Assembly: GCA_000175855.1 (NCBI GenBank)
Contig: ACYB01000024.1
Span: 1-28,497, forward strand
DNA: 28,497 nt
From: Raphidiopsis brookii D9
GTDB lineage: Bacteria > Cyanobacteriota > Cyanobacteriia > Cyanobacteriales > Nostocaceae
Direction of reading: 5' to 3'
This document shows, piece after piece, positions 18,781 to 26,206 of this stretch. The position numbers were made by a program, and so were the translations under genes. Numbering within the stretch: position 1 is the first letter of the stretch; every line of letters starts with the position of its first letter. The notes under the pieces were generated by a model. It was not told the DNA's origin, did not search any database, and was given only the letters and a program-made list of their open reading frames with translations.

Positions 18781-20628
18781 CTAACTGTTACGTTGTTGGC
18801 TTAGTATGCGGTAGGAGTGTTGAAAATCGTCAATGGTGATCCTGATGGCTGCAGGATCGGTTTCCCCCTTAGCGCGAAACCGCCTAATTGCCTCTACGGA
18901 TGCTTGGTTACATAACAAAACTAAATCCGCTCCATTCCAACCTTCCGTCGTCTGGGCCCAATATTCTAAGTCTACATCCAATAGGGGTCTACCTTCAGTA
19001 TAAACTCGTAGAATTTCCAAGCGACTGGCTAAGTTAGGTAGATCAACTTTTAATTGTAGATCTAATCTTCCAGCTCTTAATAGAGCTGGATCTAACGCGT
19101 CTGGACGGTTAGTAGCTCCTATTACTAGAATATTAGTACCAGTTTCCAATCCGTCCAATTCTGTTAATAGTTGTCCTACTACCCGATTACTAACCCCTGA
19201 GTCTCCAGTATAAGTACCACGAGCGGGGGCTAGGGTATCAATTTCATCAATGAATATGACGCAGGGATCCGCTTGTCGAGCTTTAGCAAATAGTTCTCTT
19301 ACTGCTTGTTCGCTTGCTCCTACCCAACGGGTGAGTAGTTCTGGTCCGTTAACTCCAATGAAATTGGCCCTGGCCTGGGAAGCTACTGCTTTGGCTAATA
19401 GGGTTTTACCAGTTCCGGGTGGACCCCATAGTAAAATCCCTCTGGGCGCTACTGCTTTCGTTTGACGGTAGAGTTCCGGATATAGTAACGCCCCCTCTAC
19501 GGATTCTCTCAAGGTTTGTTTGATGGCTTCTAGTCCCCCAATGTCCTCCCATTCTACATGGGGAACTTCTACCTCCATGCTCCGCAGCACTGCTGGTTTG
19601 ATTTCTTTGAGCGCTTGCAGAAAATCTGACTGGTTCACCGTCATGGTTTCAGGAATCTCTGTTTCCATGGATGGAACTTGACGGCGCAGGGCCATGTAGG
19701 CTGCTTTTTGGCAAACAGCTTTTAAGTCAGCTCCTACAAATCCTACAGTGCGATCGCTAATAAATTCTAAGTCCACAGTTTCATCTAAGGGCATGGCACG
19801 GGTAAGAACTTGCAGAATTTCTTTACGTCCGTTAGCGTCGGGAATGCGAAACTGAATTTCTCGATCAAACCTTCCTGGACGACGCAGAGCTGGATCTAAA
19901 TGATCTGGACGGTTAGTAGCAGCCAGTACAATTACGCCTGGTGTGTGAGAAAACCCATCCATTAAGCCTAATAACTGGGCAACTAACCGTTTTTCTACTT
20001 CTCCCTCCACTGCACTGCGGTCAGGGGCCAGACTATCAATTTCATCAATAAAAATAATGCAGGGGGCATTTTTAGCAGCTTTTTCAAAAATACCCCTCAG
20101 TTTTTGTTCCGCTTCACCATAGTATTTGCTAATCACCTCTGGACCCACCAGGGCAATATAATTTACCCCCAGTTCTTCCGCTAAAGCACGAGCTGTGAGG
20201 GTTTTACCAGTACCGGGAGGACCAACTAAAAGGACCCCATGGGTTGGTTCTAGACCAAGTTTAGCCAGCAGATCTGGCCGTTTTAAGGGGATGGCAATTA
20301 ATTCTTTGAGCTCTTTGACTACCTGACTTAAACCACCTATGTCTTTCAGGGAAATACCAGAATTTTCAGGGGGAGTGGCTGAATCTGATGACCCATTAGA
20401 GGGTTGGGGAGCAGCTGGGGAGGAGGGGGTGCGAATGCGACTAGTACCAATATCATTGATATTACTGTTTTTAGCTGCACTACGGGGAATATTACCTGTT
20501 CTGGGAATACTACTCAGGGGACGAGAGTTGACCTGTATATCTGTTTTTACCTCTCCACTCTCGATTTTTTCTTCTAATGTTTTAACCAACTCTAGAAACT
20601 GCTCAAATCCTTTGAATAGGTCACTCAT
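18781..20628 (-). CDS. Cdc48/p97-like double AAA+ ATPase (D1 + D2) without a recognisable Cdc48 N-domain
   Basis: There are two complete AAA+ modules. D1 has LLVGPPGTGKT, IIFIDEIDSL and ATNRPDHLDPALRRPGRFDR. D2 has LLWGPPGTGKT, VIFIDEIDTL and ATNRPDALDPALLRAGRLD. About 95 aa of Ser/Pro/Asn-rich, low-complexity N-terminus precede them. The start is 38 nt downstream of the ArsA-like stop on the same strand. Confidence 0.9.
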   Translation of the reverse strand: MSDLFKGFEQFLELVKTLEEKIESGEVKTDIQVNSRPLSSIPRTGNIPRSAAKNSNINDIGTSRIRTPSSPAAPQPSNGSSDSATPPENSGISLKDIGGLSQVVKELKELIAIPLKRPDLLAKLGLEPTHGVLLVGPPGTGKTLTARALAEELGVNYIALVGPEVISKYYGEAEQKLRGIFEKAAKNAPCIIFIDEIDSLAPDRSAVEGEVEKRLVAQLLGLMDGFSHTPGVIVLAATNRPDHLDPALRRPGRFDREIQFRIPDANGRKEILQVLTRAMPLDETVDLEFISDRTVGFVGADLKAVCQKAAYMALRRQVPSMETEIPETMTVNQSDFLQALKEIKPAVLRSMEVEVPHVEWEDIGGLEAIKQTLRESVEGALLYPELYRQTKAVAPRGILLWGPPGTGKTLLAKAVASQARANFIGVNGPELLTRWVGASEQAVRELFAKARQADPCVIFIDEIDTLAPARGTYTGDSGVSNRVVGQLLTELDGLETGTNILVIGATNRPDALDPALLRAGRLDLQLKVDLPNLASRLEILRVYTEGRPLLDVDLEYWAQTTEGWNGADLVLLCNQASVEAIRRFRAKGETDPAAIRITIDDFQHSYRILSQQRNS

Positions 20629-20666
20629 AAGTCTTAATAGGTCTGGGTAAATGTGATGTACTAGTT

Positions 20667-21971
20667 TTATTTCTCAAATGCAAACAAAAGATTAGCCGCA
20701 CCTTTGATTCTTTCCATGGGCTCTACTGATCTAGGTAGCAGGGGTAGGTGAATAATTGTTTGTTCGGGAAATAAATTGTGATCAACTTCCACTGCTTGAG
20801 TATAGCGATTTTGTACTACATACCTTTGTTCAATGCCCATGTTTTTCAAAGATGCGGTTAACCGAACATGTTCTGATGTAATAGCCGATTCCGCCTGAAT
20901 TACGCCCACAAATTGGGTATGACGGGGGTCTTTCAATTTCTTTTGCGCTTTTACTACCTGTTGTCGCAGCTGTCGCAATCTACCAATGAAGTCTACCCGA
21001 CCTAAAACATCCTGATATTTCATCCATAGCTTAAAGATCCAGGATAACCAATCTCCTAAAGCGGAAGGCATGGATAAAAATTGTAACAGATGTCCCGTAG
21101 GCGCTGTGTCTAGAATAATCAAATCTTGCTGGTTAGTTTCTAAAAGGTTATTGATTGTGATTAAGGATAGCATTTCGTCAATACCCGGTAATGCTTGAGA
21201 CATAATTTGTCTCCATGCTTCCGGTAGGTAGGCAATGTTTACGTCTGTATCCTTGGTTGTTCCTTCCCCACTAATCATATCTGCCAATTCCCACAGATAA
21301 TCAGTACGGAACTGGTCTAATATTTTGTCAGCATCTATTTCTTGTCCACATAGGTTGGGAGTGATTGCTTGGGAATCATGTCCTAATTTTTGACCAAATG
21401 CATCCCCAAGAGAATGTGCTGGATCTATGGAGATCACGCTAATATTTTTTTGGGGATAATGACTAGCAAAGGCCCAACTCATTGCTGCTGATACTGTTGT
21501 TTTCCCCACTCCTCCTTTTCCACCCACAATAATTAGTTTACAACCCTGGGCAAGAAAATCAGTAAAACTAGGTGGTATTCTCTGGGGCCAATGAATTATG
21601 GGTGGTGCTACCCCTTCCACATGACTGATATGTTGAATTTCTCCAGCCAATTTATCCAGTGCTTGACTACCTAAAGGGGGCGGCGGGTTGTTGGGAATAA
21701 TAAATACGGGTTGTCCTGGGGAAAGATTTAGGAACTTTTGCACATAGTTCTGTTGTTCCGCATATCGATCCTGATCTATAATGGGATCTGTTAAAATTCG
21801 ATTGATTAGAATTCCTCCAAAGGGAACTTCTAAGGTATTTAGCTGTTCTAGGAATCTTTCGGTTTCTGCTAAACACATTGGTTCGGCAATCCCGACTATT
21901 AAAAACCCTGTGAATTGACTGTCTTGCAGTAGTCTTCTACTCTCTGATAGTTGAAATTTGAAGTCAATCAA
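20667..21971 (-). CDS. ArsA/GET3 (TRC40)-family ATPase, downstream fragment: end of the first half plus a complete second ATPase half
   Basis: The second-half P-loop is VGGKGGVGKTTVS, with DPAHSLGDAFG and the switch II motif ILDTAPTGHLLQFL. The first roughly 130 aa (FLIVGIAEPMCLAETERFLEQL...INRIL) are the C-terminal part of a preceding ArsA half. The 'start' at 21971 is therefore an ORF-finder artefact, and the reading frame stays open upstream to the A7 run at 22034-22040. Confidence 0.85.
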   Translation of the reverse strand: MIDFKFQLSESRRLLQDSQFTGFLIVGIAEPMCLAETERFLEQLNTLEVPFGGILINRILTDPIIDQDRYAEQQNYVQKFLNLSPGQPVFIIPNNPPPPLGSQALDKLAGEIQHISHVEGVAPPIIHWPQRIPPSFTDFLAQGCKLIIVGGKGGVGKTTVSAAMSWAFASHYPQKNISVISIDPAHSLGDAFGQKLGHDSQAITPNLCGQEIDADKILDQFRTDYLWELADMISGEGTTKDTDVNIAYLPEAWRQIMSQALPGIDEMLSLITINNLLETNQQDLIILDTAPTGHLLQFLSMPSALGDWLSWIFKLWMKYQDVLGRVDFIGRLRQLRQQVVKAQKKLKDPRHTQFVGVIQAESAITSEHVRLTASLKNMGIEQRYVVQNRYTQAVEVDHNLFPEQTIIHLPLLPRSVEPMERIKGAANLLFAFEK

Positions 21972-22029
21972 AAAGTCGTCTACTGCATCTGGTTGATAGG
22001 TTCCAGTGAAACTTTCGGTGATTACCTGA

Positions 22030-22554
22030 TTACTTTTTTTGAAATAATTCTAAGGAGTTTAAAATTACGTCCAAGAAGTCTTTTAATTTCAGCAGGCTCA
22101 CTGTATGTCCAGATGGGGCCATATCCACTACTATACGATCTACGTTTTTCTCCGACAGCAGTCTTTGGATCTCTAGTAGTCCCATCAGTTCATTTAATCC
22201 GGGCCAGTCTAAATCCCAAACAGGGGCTAGATCCTCTCCATCCGCTAAACTTCCTCTTTCTACTAGAATTTCCAGGTACTGGCTATATTTGGCTTTGAAT
22301 TCTAACAGAAGATTTTGAGCATCTAGGGCCTGAATGCTCAAATTCGGTAAATCTACTGCTGATTCAGGTTCATTGGTCACTTTTGTCAGCAGTACATCCC
22401 CTAGGGAATGGGCTGGGTCTGTTGATAATAGAAGAATTTTCTCTTCTGGAAATTTCCTCGCCCAATAACGCGCTAAGCAGCAAGATAGGGTGGTTTTACC
22501 TACCCCTCCTTTACCGCTCAACATGACTAAATTTAATTTATCGTACTGGTACAT
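22030..22554 (-). CDS. ArsA/GET3-family ATPase, upstream fragment (N-terminal two thirds of the first half), ending at a homopolymer frameshift
   Basis: MYQYDKLNLVMLSGKGGVGKTTLS (P-loop), DPAHSLGDVL, and VVDMAPSGHTVSLLKL (switch II) are present. It terminates ...ELFQKK* inside CAAAAAAAG. I chose the ATG at 22554. The ORF-track extension to 22665 overlaps the upstream gene. Confidence 0.85.
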   Translation of the reverse strand: MYQYDKLNLVMLSGKGGVGKTTLSCCLARYWARKFPEEKILLLSTDPAHSLGDVLLTKVTNEPESAVDLPNLSIQALDAQNLLLEFKAKYSQYLEILVERGSLADGEDLAPVWDLDWPGLNELMGLLEIQRLLSEKNVDRIVVDMAPSGHTVSLLKLKDFLDVILNSLELFQKK

Positions 22555-22589
22555 TTGGTTTAAAAAAAATAGGGTTAGAAACTGGAATA

Positions 22590-23276
22590 TTAATGCTCGA
22601 TAAAATGATACGGGGGTAGGCAATCTCCCCAAACTAAATCCCATCTGGGACAGGACTGCTGCCAATTTAAGAATTTTTCCTCTAGGTGAATTTTTTCGTT
22701 TATGTTAATCAGAACATATATTTTTATTCCTTCTTTCTGTTCCTGAATCACTGCTGGTAGGTTATATTCTTTGGTAATTAAATCAATTAGGTTCTGTTTT
22801 TCTATGTTTTGAGTATTGACAAAGTTTTTTTGATTCTCATACTCTTGCTTTTTGGCTAAAAAGTAGTTTCTCCCCCCTTTCTGGCTGAGTACTGGTTCTA
22901 CAAATGTGTGCGGAATTAGTTTTAAGGTTAGTTCGGTTTTGTCTCTGATTTTGTCTAGCTGGGATTTATATTCTTTTTCTTGCCATGCTAGATGCTTGAG
23001 TAGATTATCTAAAGAGTCAAAACATGTACCAAATCTTAAAGGCAAAATTGTTACCTGCCTAAACATTTCACAAATCACTCTGTCGTGACATACAGCCATC
23101 TGAACGATCTTCTCATCATCACTCTCCCAGAAAGCTGGGGATATTCCAGGTTCCACAAGAGCTGAAACTTGATTAGCTGTTACTAAGGTTACTGGACCTC
23201 TCACACCCTGTGGTAAAACCAGGGGTGAAGGGGGCGTTTCTAAAAAGGCATAAGTGTATAAGTCTGTTAATTCCAT
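22590..23276 (-). CDS. gvpW: GvpL/GvpF-family gas vesicle protein, second paralog, in the position of cyanobacterial gvpW
   Basis: LYTYAFLETP..., VSALVEP, CHDRVICEMFRQVTILPLRFGT, and the C-terminal LPPYHF parallel the GvpF ORF at 24197-24940 (LYLYGILP..., AHERVLEQVMQEGCRTLLPLRFG, FTAPYTF). The symbol rests on synteny with published cyanobacterial gvp clusters as I recall them. Confidence 0.7.
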   Translation of the reverse strand: MELTDLYTYAFLETPPSPLVLPQGVRGPVTLVTANQVSALVEPGISPAFWESDDEKIVQMAVCHDRVICEMFRQVTILPLRFGTCFDSLDNLLKHLAWQEKEYKSQLDKIRDKTELTLKLIPHTFVEPVLSQKGGRNYFLAKKQEYENQKNFVNTQNIEKQNLIDLITKEYNLPAVIQEQKEGIKIYVLININEKIHLEEKFLNWQQSCPRWDLVWGDCLPPYHFIEH

Positions 23277-23392
23277 ATTTTTATCTACACAGGATTTTCC
23301 ATTGCTCCCAGATCTCTAACTCAGCTATAACTAAAGTATAAACTTAATCTTAATCAAAAGTGGAAACAAGTCCTTTGATAGTGGTTTGATAG

Positions 23393-23420
23393 TTTACAAT
23401 GACAAGAAGTTAGTTATAAT
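23393..23420 (+). promoter_or_regulatory. Candidate sigma70-type promoter for the gvpV-like gene
   Basis: The -35 is TTTACA (23393-23398), the spacer is 16 nt, and the -10 is TATAAT (23415-23420), 25 nt upstream of the ATG at 23445. Two direct repeats of TTTGATAGT (23374-23382 and 23385-23393, 11-nt period) abut the -35. Confidence 0.4.
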
Positions 23421-23444
23421 AGGTAGATACTTCTAGATAGTTTT

Positions 23445-23759
23445 ATGAAAAGCATTCCCAACGCTGCCATGTCTAGGGCCAAAATCAGCACCATGCCCAG
23501 AACTAAAACTGATGCTTCTAGCCAATTAGATCTTTATAAAATGGTGACAGAAAGACAACGTATCCAAAGAGAATTACTCAGTCTTAAAGAACGAACCACT
23601 GTCCTTCAAAAGCGATTGGATCTTCTTAATAGCCAAATAGAATCAACAGAGCAGAGCATTTATGTGTCCCGTCAACCACGATTGAGTTCTCGCATACTAG
23701 CTAAACTAAACACCCACAACGATATTCCTAGTTACAGCACTTTTGAAATTGAATATTAG
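23445..23759 (+). CDS. gvpV: Small coiled-coil protein, probable gas vesicle protein GvpV
   Basis: The 104-aa ORF is the only plus-strand gene inside the gvp cluster. The core SSQLDLYKMVTERQRIQRELLSLKERTTVLQKRLDLLNSQIESTEQSI is a heptad-like coiled coil that matches my recollection of cyanobacterial GvpV. Alternative ATG starts are at 23469 and 23493 (MPRTKTD...). Confidence 0.5.
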   Translation: MKSIPNAAMSRAKISTMPRTKTDASSQLDLYKMVTERQRIQRELLSLKERTTVLQKRLDLLNSQIESTEQSIYVSRQPRLSSRILAKLNTHNDIPSYSTFEIEY

Positions 23760-23810
23760 TTATTAGCTCCATAGCTAGATTGGGAAGAAGGACTGCACTG
23801 GGTTAATCGT

Positions 23811-23838
23811 TACACAACCCGCCATGGCGGGTTATGTA
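23811..23838. terminator. Palindromic hairpin between the convergent gvpV and gvpG genes, a candidate bidirectional terminator
   Basis: AACCCGCCATGGCGGGTT (23816-23833) is a perfect 18-nt palindrome. It extends to TACAc...aTGTA (23811-23838) with one mismatch. There is no U-tract on either side. Confidence 0.4.
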
Positions 23839-23862
23839 CAAACCGCTTGGGTTTCATTGTGG

Positions 23863-24141
23863 TTAATGTGATAAGACTGGGGTTTTATCCTCTTCCTCTT
23901 CTAAACTGGCCCTTTCCTCTTCTAAGGCCTGGATTTGTAAAAGTATTTCTTCCTCTTGTTCCTCAAATTCTTCCTCACCAATTTCCCCTAAATCAAATGA
24001 TAACTGCAAGTTTAATAATTTTTTGTGCAGGTTTTCTTGATCATCAAATTCAGTATTCGTGCGTTCTTGGATTTTTTCGGCAATCCATACTACCCCATTA
24101 ATCGGACCCATTACTGGTGATAGCAACAGTTTCATCAACAT
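23863..24141 (-). CDS. gvpG: Gas vesicle protein GvpG
   Basis: MLMKLLLSPVMGPINGVVWIAEKIQERTNTEFDDQENLHKKLLNLQLSFDLGEIGEEEFEEQEEEIL... is a typical GvpG. I chose the ATG at 24141. The ORF-track extension to 24318 runs into the gvpF 3' end and shows no GvpG-like sequence. Confidence 0.88.
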   Translation of the reverse strand: MLMKLLLSPVMGPINGVVWIAEKIQERTNTEFDDQENLHKKLLNLQLSFDLGEIGEEEFEEQEEEILLQIQALEEERASLEEEEDKTPVLSH

Positions 24142-24196
24142 AAGGCACTTCCTGGATAACAAAAATAAAATGGTTCTTCCCAACTCTTCCCACCGC

Positions 24197-24940
24197 TCAT
24201 GATGGCGACAATTGGGCAAACGTATAGGGAGCTGTAAAATTATTGTACCTGATACGCAGGCGATCGCCGAATTGTTTGTCAATAGACTCCACGCGATCGC
24301 TAAATGCGGATTCAGCATCCCAAGGAATTAAAAATGCCGCATTATAGATCATCTCCTCCATCATGGGTTCATTTTCGACTACATCTTTAGCAAATGGTTG
24401 CAGTTCTTCTCGAAAAACCTGAATTACTCCCTCTTTACGTTGCATCAAGTTACTTTCAATCAGTTGTCCAATTTGAATCACCTCGTCCATACTTAAATTC
24501 TTGCCTTCCATAGCATCCCGTTGCCGCTTTAAGTCAGGATTAGAATCCATCATCATTTGCAGTTCTGATTTGGTATCCCAAAGTATCTTCACACTGACTT
24601 CTCTTTGTCCTGCTAGTTTCTCAAACAACTGGTATAATTGACCTTCTGATGGATTAATTAATTGATTAGAAATTTCCTGCCAATCTTTCACAACCAGTCC
24701 AAAGCGCAAAGGTAAAAGAGTCCGACACCCCTCTTGCATAACCTGTTCTAAAACTCTCTCGTGAGCTAACAAATTACGTCGGGAAGCCAAATACTGCTTT
24801 TGGAGAGCATGAGAATATAAAAAAACAAACCCATTGACATCCTGAGTTTTAACGGGTTGCTTATCTAAACCCTCCAATGTCAAGTCCTGTGCTAATGGTT
24901 TTGGTAAAATACCATATAAGTAAAGTCCATTGCTACTCAT
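24197..24940 (-). CDS. gvpF: Gas vesicle protein GvpF (GvpL/GvpF family)
   Basis: MSSNGLYLYGILP...LLAHERVLEQVM...LLPLRFG...EVSVKILWD...YNAAFLIP...RIRYNNFTAPYTFA is the GvpF/L family pattern. I prefer the ATG at 24940. The upstream GTG at 24949 is possible. Confidence 0.88.
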   Translation of the reverse strand: MSSNGLYLYGILPKPLAQDLTLEGLDKQPVKTQDVNGFVFLYSHALQKQYLASRRNLLAHERVLEQVMQEGCRTLLPLRFGLVVKDWQEISNQLINPSEGQLYQLFEKLAGQREVSVKILWDTKSELQMMMDSNPDLKRQRDAMEGKNLSMDEVIQIGQLIESNLMQRKEGVIQVFREELQPFAKDVVENEPMMEEMIYNAAFLIPWDAESAFSDRVESIDKQFGDRLRIRYNNFTAPYTFAQLSPS

Positions 24941-25045
24941 AATAATCACACCTGGGAATCACAATTCAAAACACATTATAAATAACTAACGTATAAGCAT
25001 ATAACTAAGTAACAACAAGTGACCAATAATCCAAATTGGTTTTGC

Positions 25046-25519
25046 TTAAATTGGTTTTGAAGTTAGAACTAGCTGTAGTTTGGCATGAATTAAATCTAAA
25101 TTAGCTAGTCCCAAATCTACCTCCCCATCTACAACAACCCCTGTGTTAAGGAGACGATCCAACAGTTCCAGTACACTAGGTTGGGTTCCCTCCTCTCCGG
25201 GATAATAGGAACCCCTGTGCGGTAGGAGAGTGCCAAAATCGCCCAAATTCACATTCAATTCAGCTGGATCAACATCAAATACCTCACACAGATGGAGAAC
25301 CTGAGATTCTAGTTTTTGTAAGCTTTCTGCAGCTTGCTCCAACTGTAAGTCGCTCAGACAATTCTCCTCCATACGACGAATTACCTGAGCCTCCATTAGT
25401 TGGCGAACTAGTTCCAAAACCGTCAGTAGCAAAGGAGCTAAACCCGCTTCTTTCTTGGTACCAGAAGCGGGTGGTAAGAAGTCCTGGGACTGATCAAATG
25501 GAGTGATAGCCATTTCCAT
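25046..25519 (-). CDS. gvpK: Gas vesicle protein GvpK
   Basis: GLAPLLLTVLELVRQLMEAQVIRRME is the GvpK core. The C-terminal SVLELLDRLLNTGVVVDGEVDLGLANLDLIHAKLQLVLTS resembles the GvpA/J core. The start is uncertain: ATG at 25519 or 25513, or GTG at 25540. Confidence 0.85.
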   Translation of the reverse strand: MEMAITPFDQSQDFLPPASGTKKEAGLAPLLLTVLELVRQLMEAQVIRRMEENCLSDLQLEQAAESLQKLESQVLHLCEVFDVDPAELNVNLGDFGTLLPHRGSYYPGEEGTQPSVLELLDRLLNTGVVVDGEVDLGLANLDLIHAKLQLVLTSKPI

Positions 25520-25572
25520 AGTTTCACCGACGAATGTCACCTAAACACTTAATCAGAATGGTCACTAGACAA

Positions 25573-26193
25573 TTAACCAATCTCATCATCCAATTCTACA
25601 ACAGCTTGAGTGTCTGGTTGAGTGGTTTCCGTCTCTTCTAAAACAACATCCTGTTGATTAAAATCCCCAATATAATCAGTATTTTCTTGGAGATTTCCCG
25701 GAATTCGCTCTGATACTATAGTATATTGCTCTAGTTCATCCTCGCCTACAGATATTGGCGTAATTTCCTCACTTAGTTCCTGAGTGTTATCATCACCATT
25801 CAAATTGTTCTCCACAGTTAATTCTGGCTTTTCAACAGAGGTTTTGGCTATATCAGAAGTTAGCAGGTTTATTTGTGACTCTAAATTAGCTAAACGCCCT
25901 CTGAGTTCCCTGTTTTCCTCAATTAAGCCCTGAGCCTTACTACTGAGGTAAGGATCACCCTCCCACCAATTAATACCCATCTCCTTGGCTTTATCAACGG
26001 AAGCAATTAATAAGCGAATCCGAATGTGTAGAAGCTCAGTAGAGGCAATAGACACGGAAATATCGCCAGCAATAACAATACCCTTGTCTAAAACTCTTTC
26101 CAGAATGTCCGCTAGTGTCGAACCTTGGGTAGAGGTCTTAATAACTTGACCGGAGCTTACCTGGGAACGTGTTGGTAGTATTGGGGAATTCAC
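25573..26193 (-). CDS. gvpJ: Gas vesicle protein GvpJ (GvpA/J family) with a long acidic C-terminal tail
   Basis: STLADILERVLDKGIVIAGDISVSIASTELLHIRIRLLIASVDKAKEMGINWW is the GvpA/J core. The only in-frame start near the N-terminus is the GTG at 26193, 14 nt after the gvpN stop. The C-terminal roughly 100 aa are rich in Asp and Glu. Confidence 0.88.
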   Translation of the reverse strand: MNSPILPTRSQVSSGQVIKTSTQGSTLADILERVLDKGIVIAGDISVSIASTELLHIRIRLLIASVDKAKEMGINWWEGDPYLSSKAQGLIEENRELRGRLANLESQINLLTSDIAKTSVEKPELTVENNLNGDDNTQELSEEITPISVGEDELEQYTIVSERIPGNLQENTDYIGDFNQQDVVLEETETTQPDTQAVVELDDEIG

Positions 26194-26206
26194 AAATGAT
26201 CAACTC

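Noticed and set aside
21667-22298. ORFs at 21667-21876(-) and 21951-22298(+) around the ArsA frameshift site
   Set aside because: Both are shadow ORFs in other frames or on the other strand of the ArsA-like coding sequence. The real explanation for the gap is the A7 frameshift.
22555-22665. N-terminal extension of the ArsA-like ORF (MAAVLSQMGFSL...) overlapping the 3' end of the GvpF/L paralog
   Set aside because: The sequence is not ArsA-like. The P-loop context MYQYDKLNLVMLSGKGGVGKTT begins at the ATG at 22554, as in typical ArsA/GET3 N-termini.
23847-24318. An 84-aa plus-strand ORF antisense to gvpG, and the 59-codon upstream extension of the gvpG ORF
   Set aside because: The antisense ORF is a Leu/Pro/Phe-rich mirror of the acidic GvpG tail. 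The extension overlaps gvpF and lacks GvpG similarity. GvpG begins at MLMKLLLSP.
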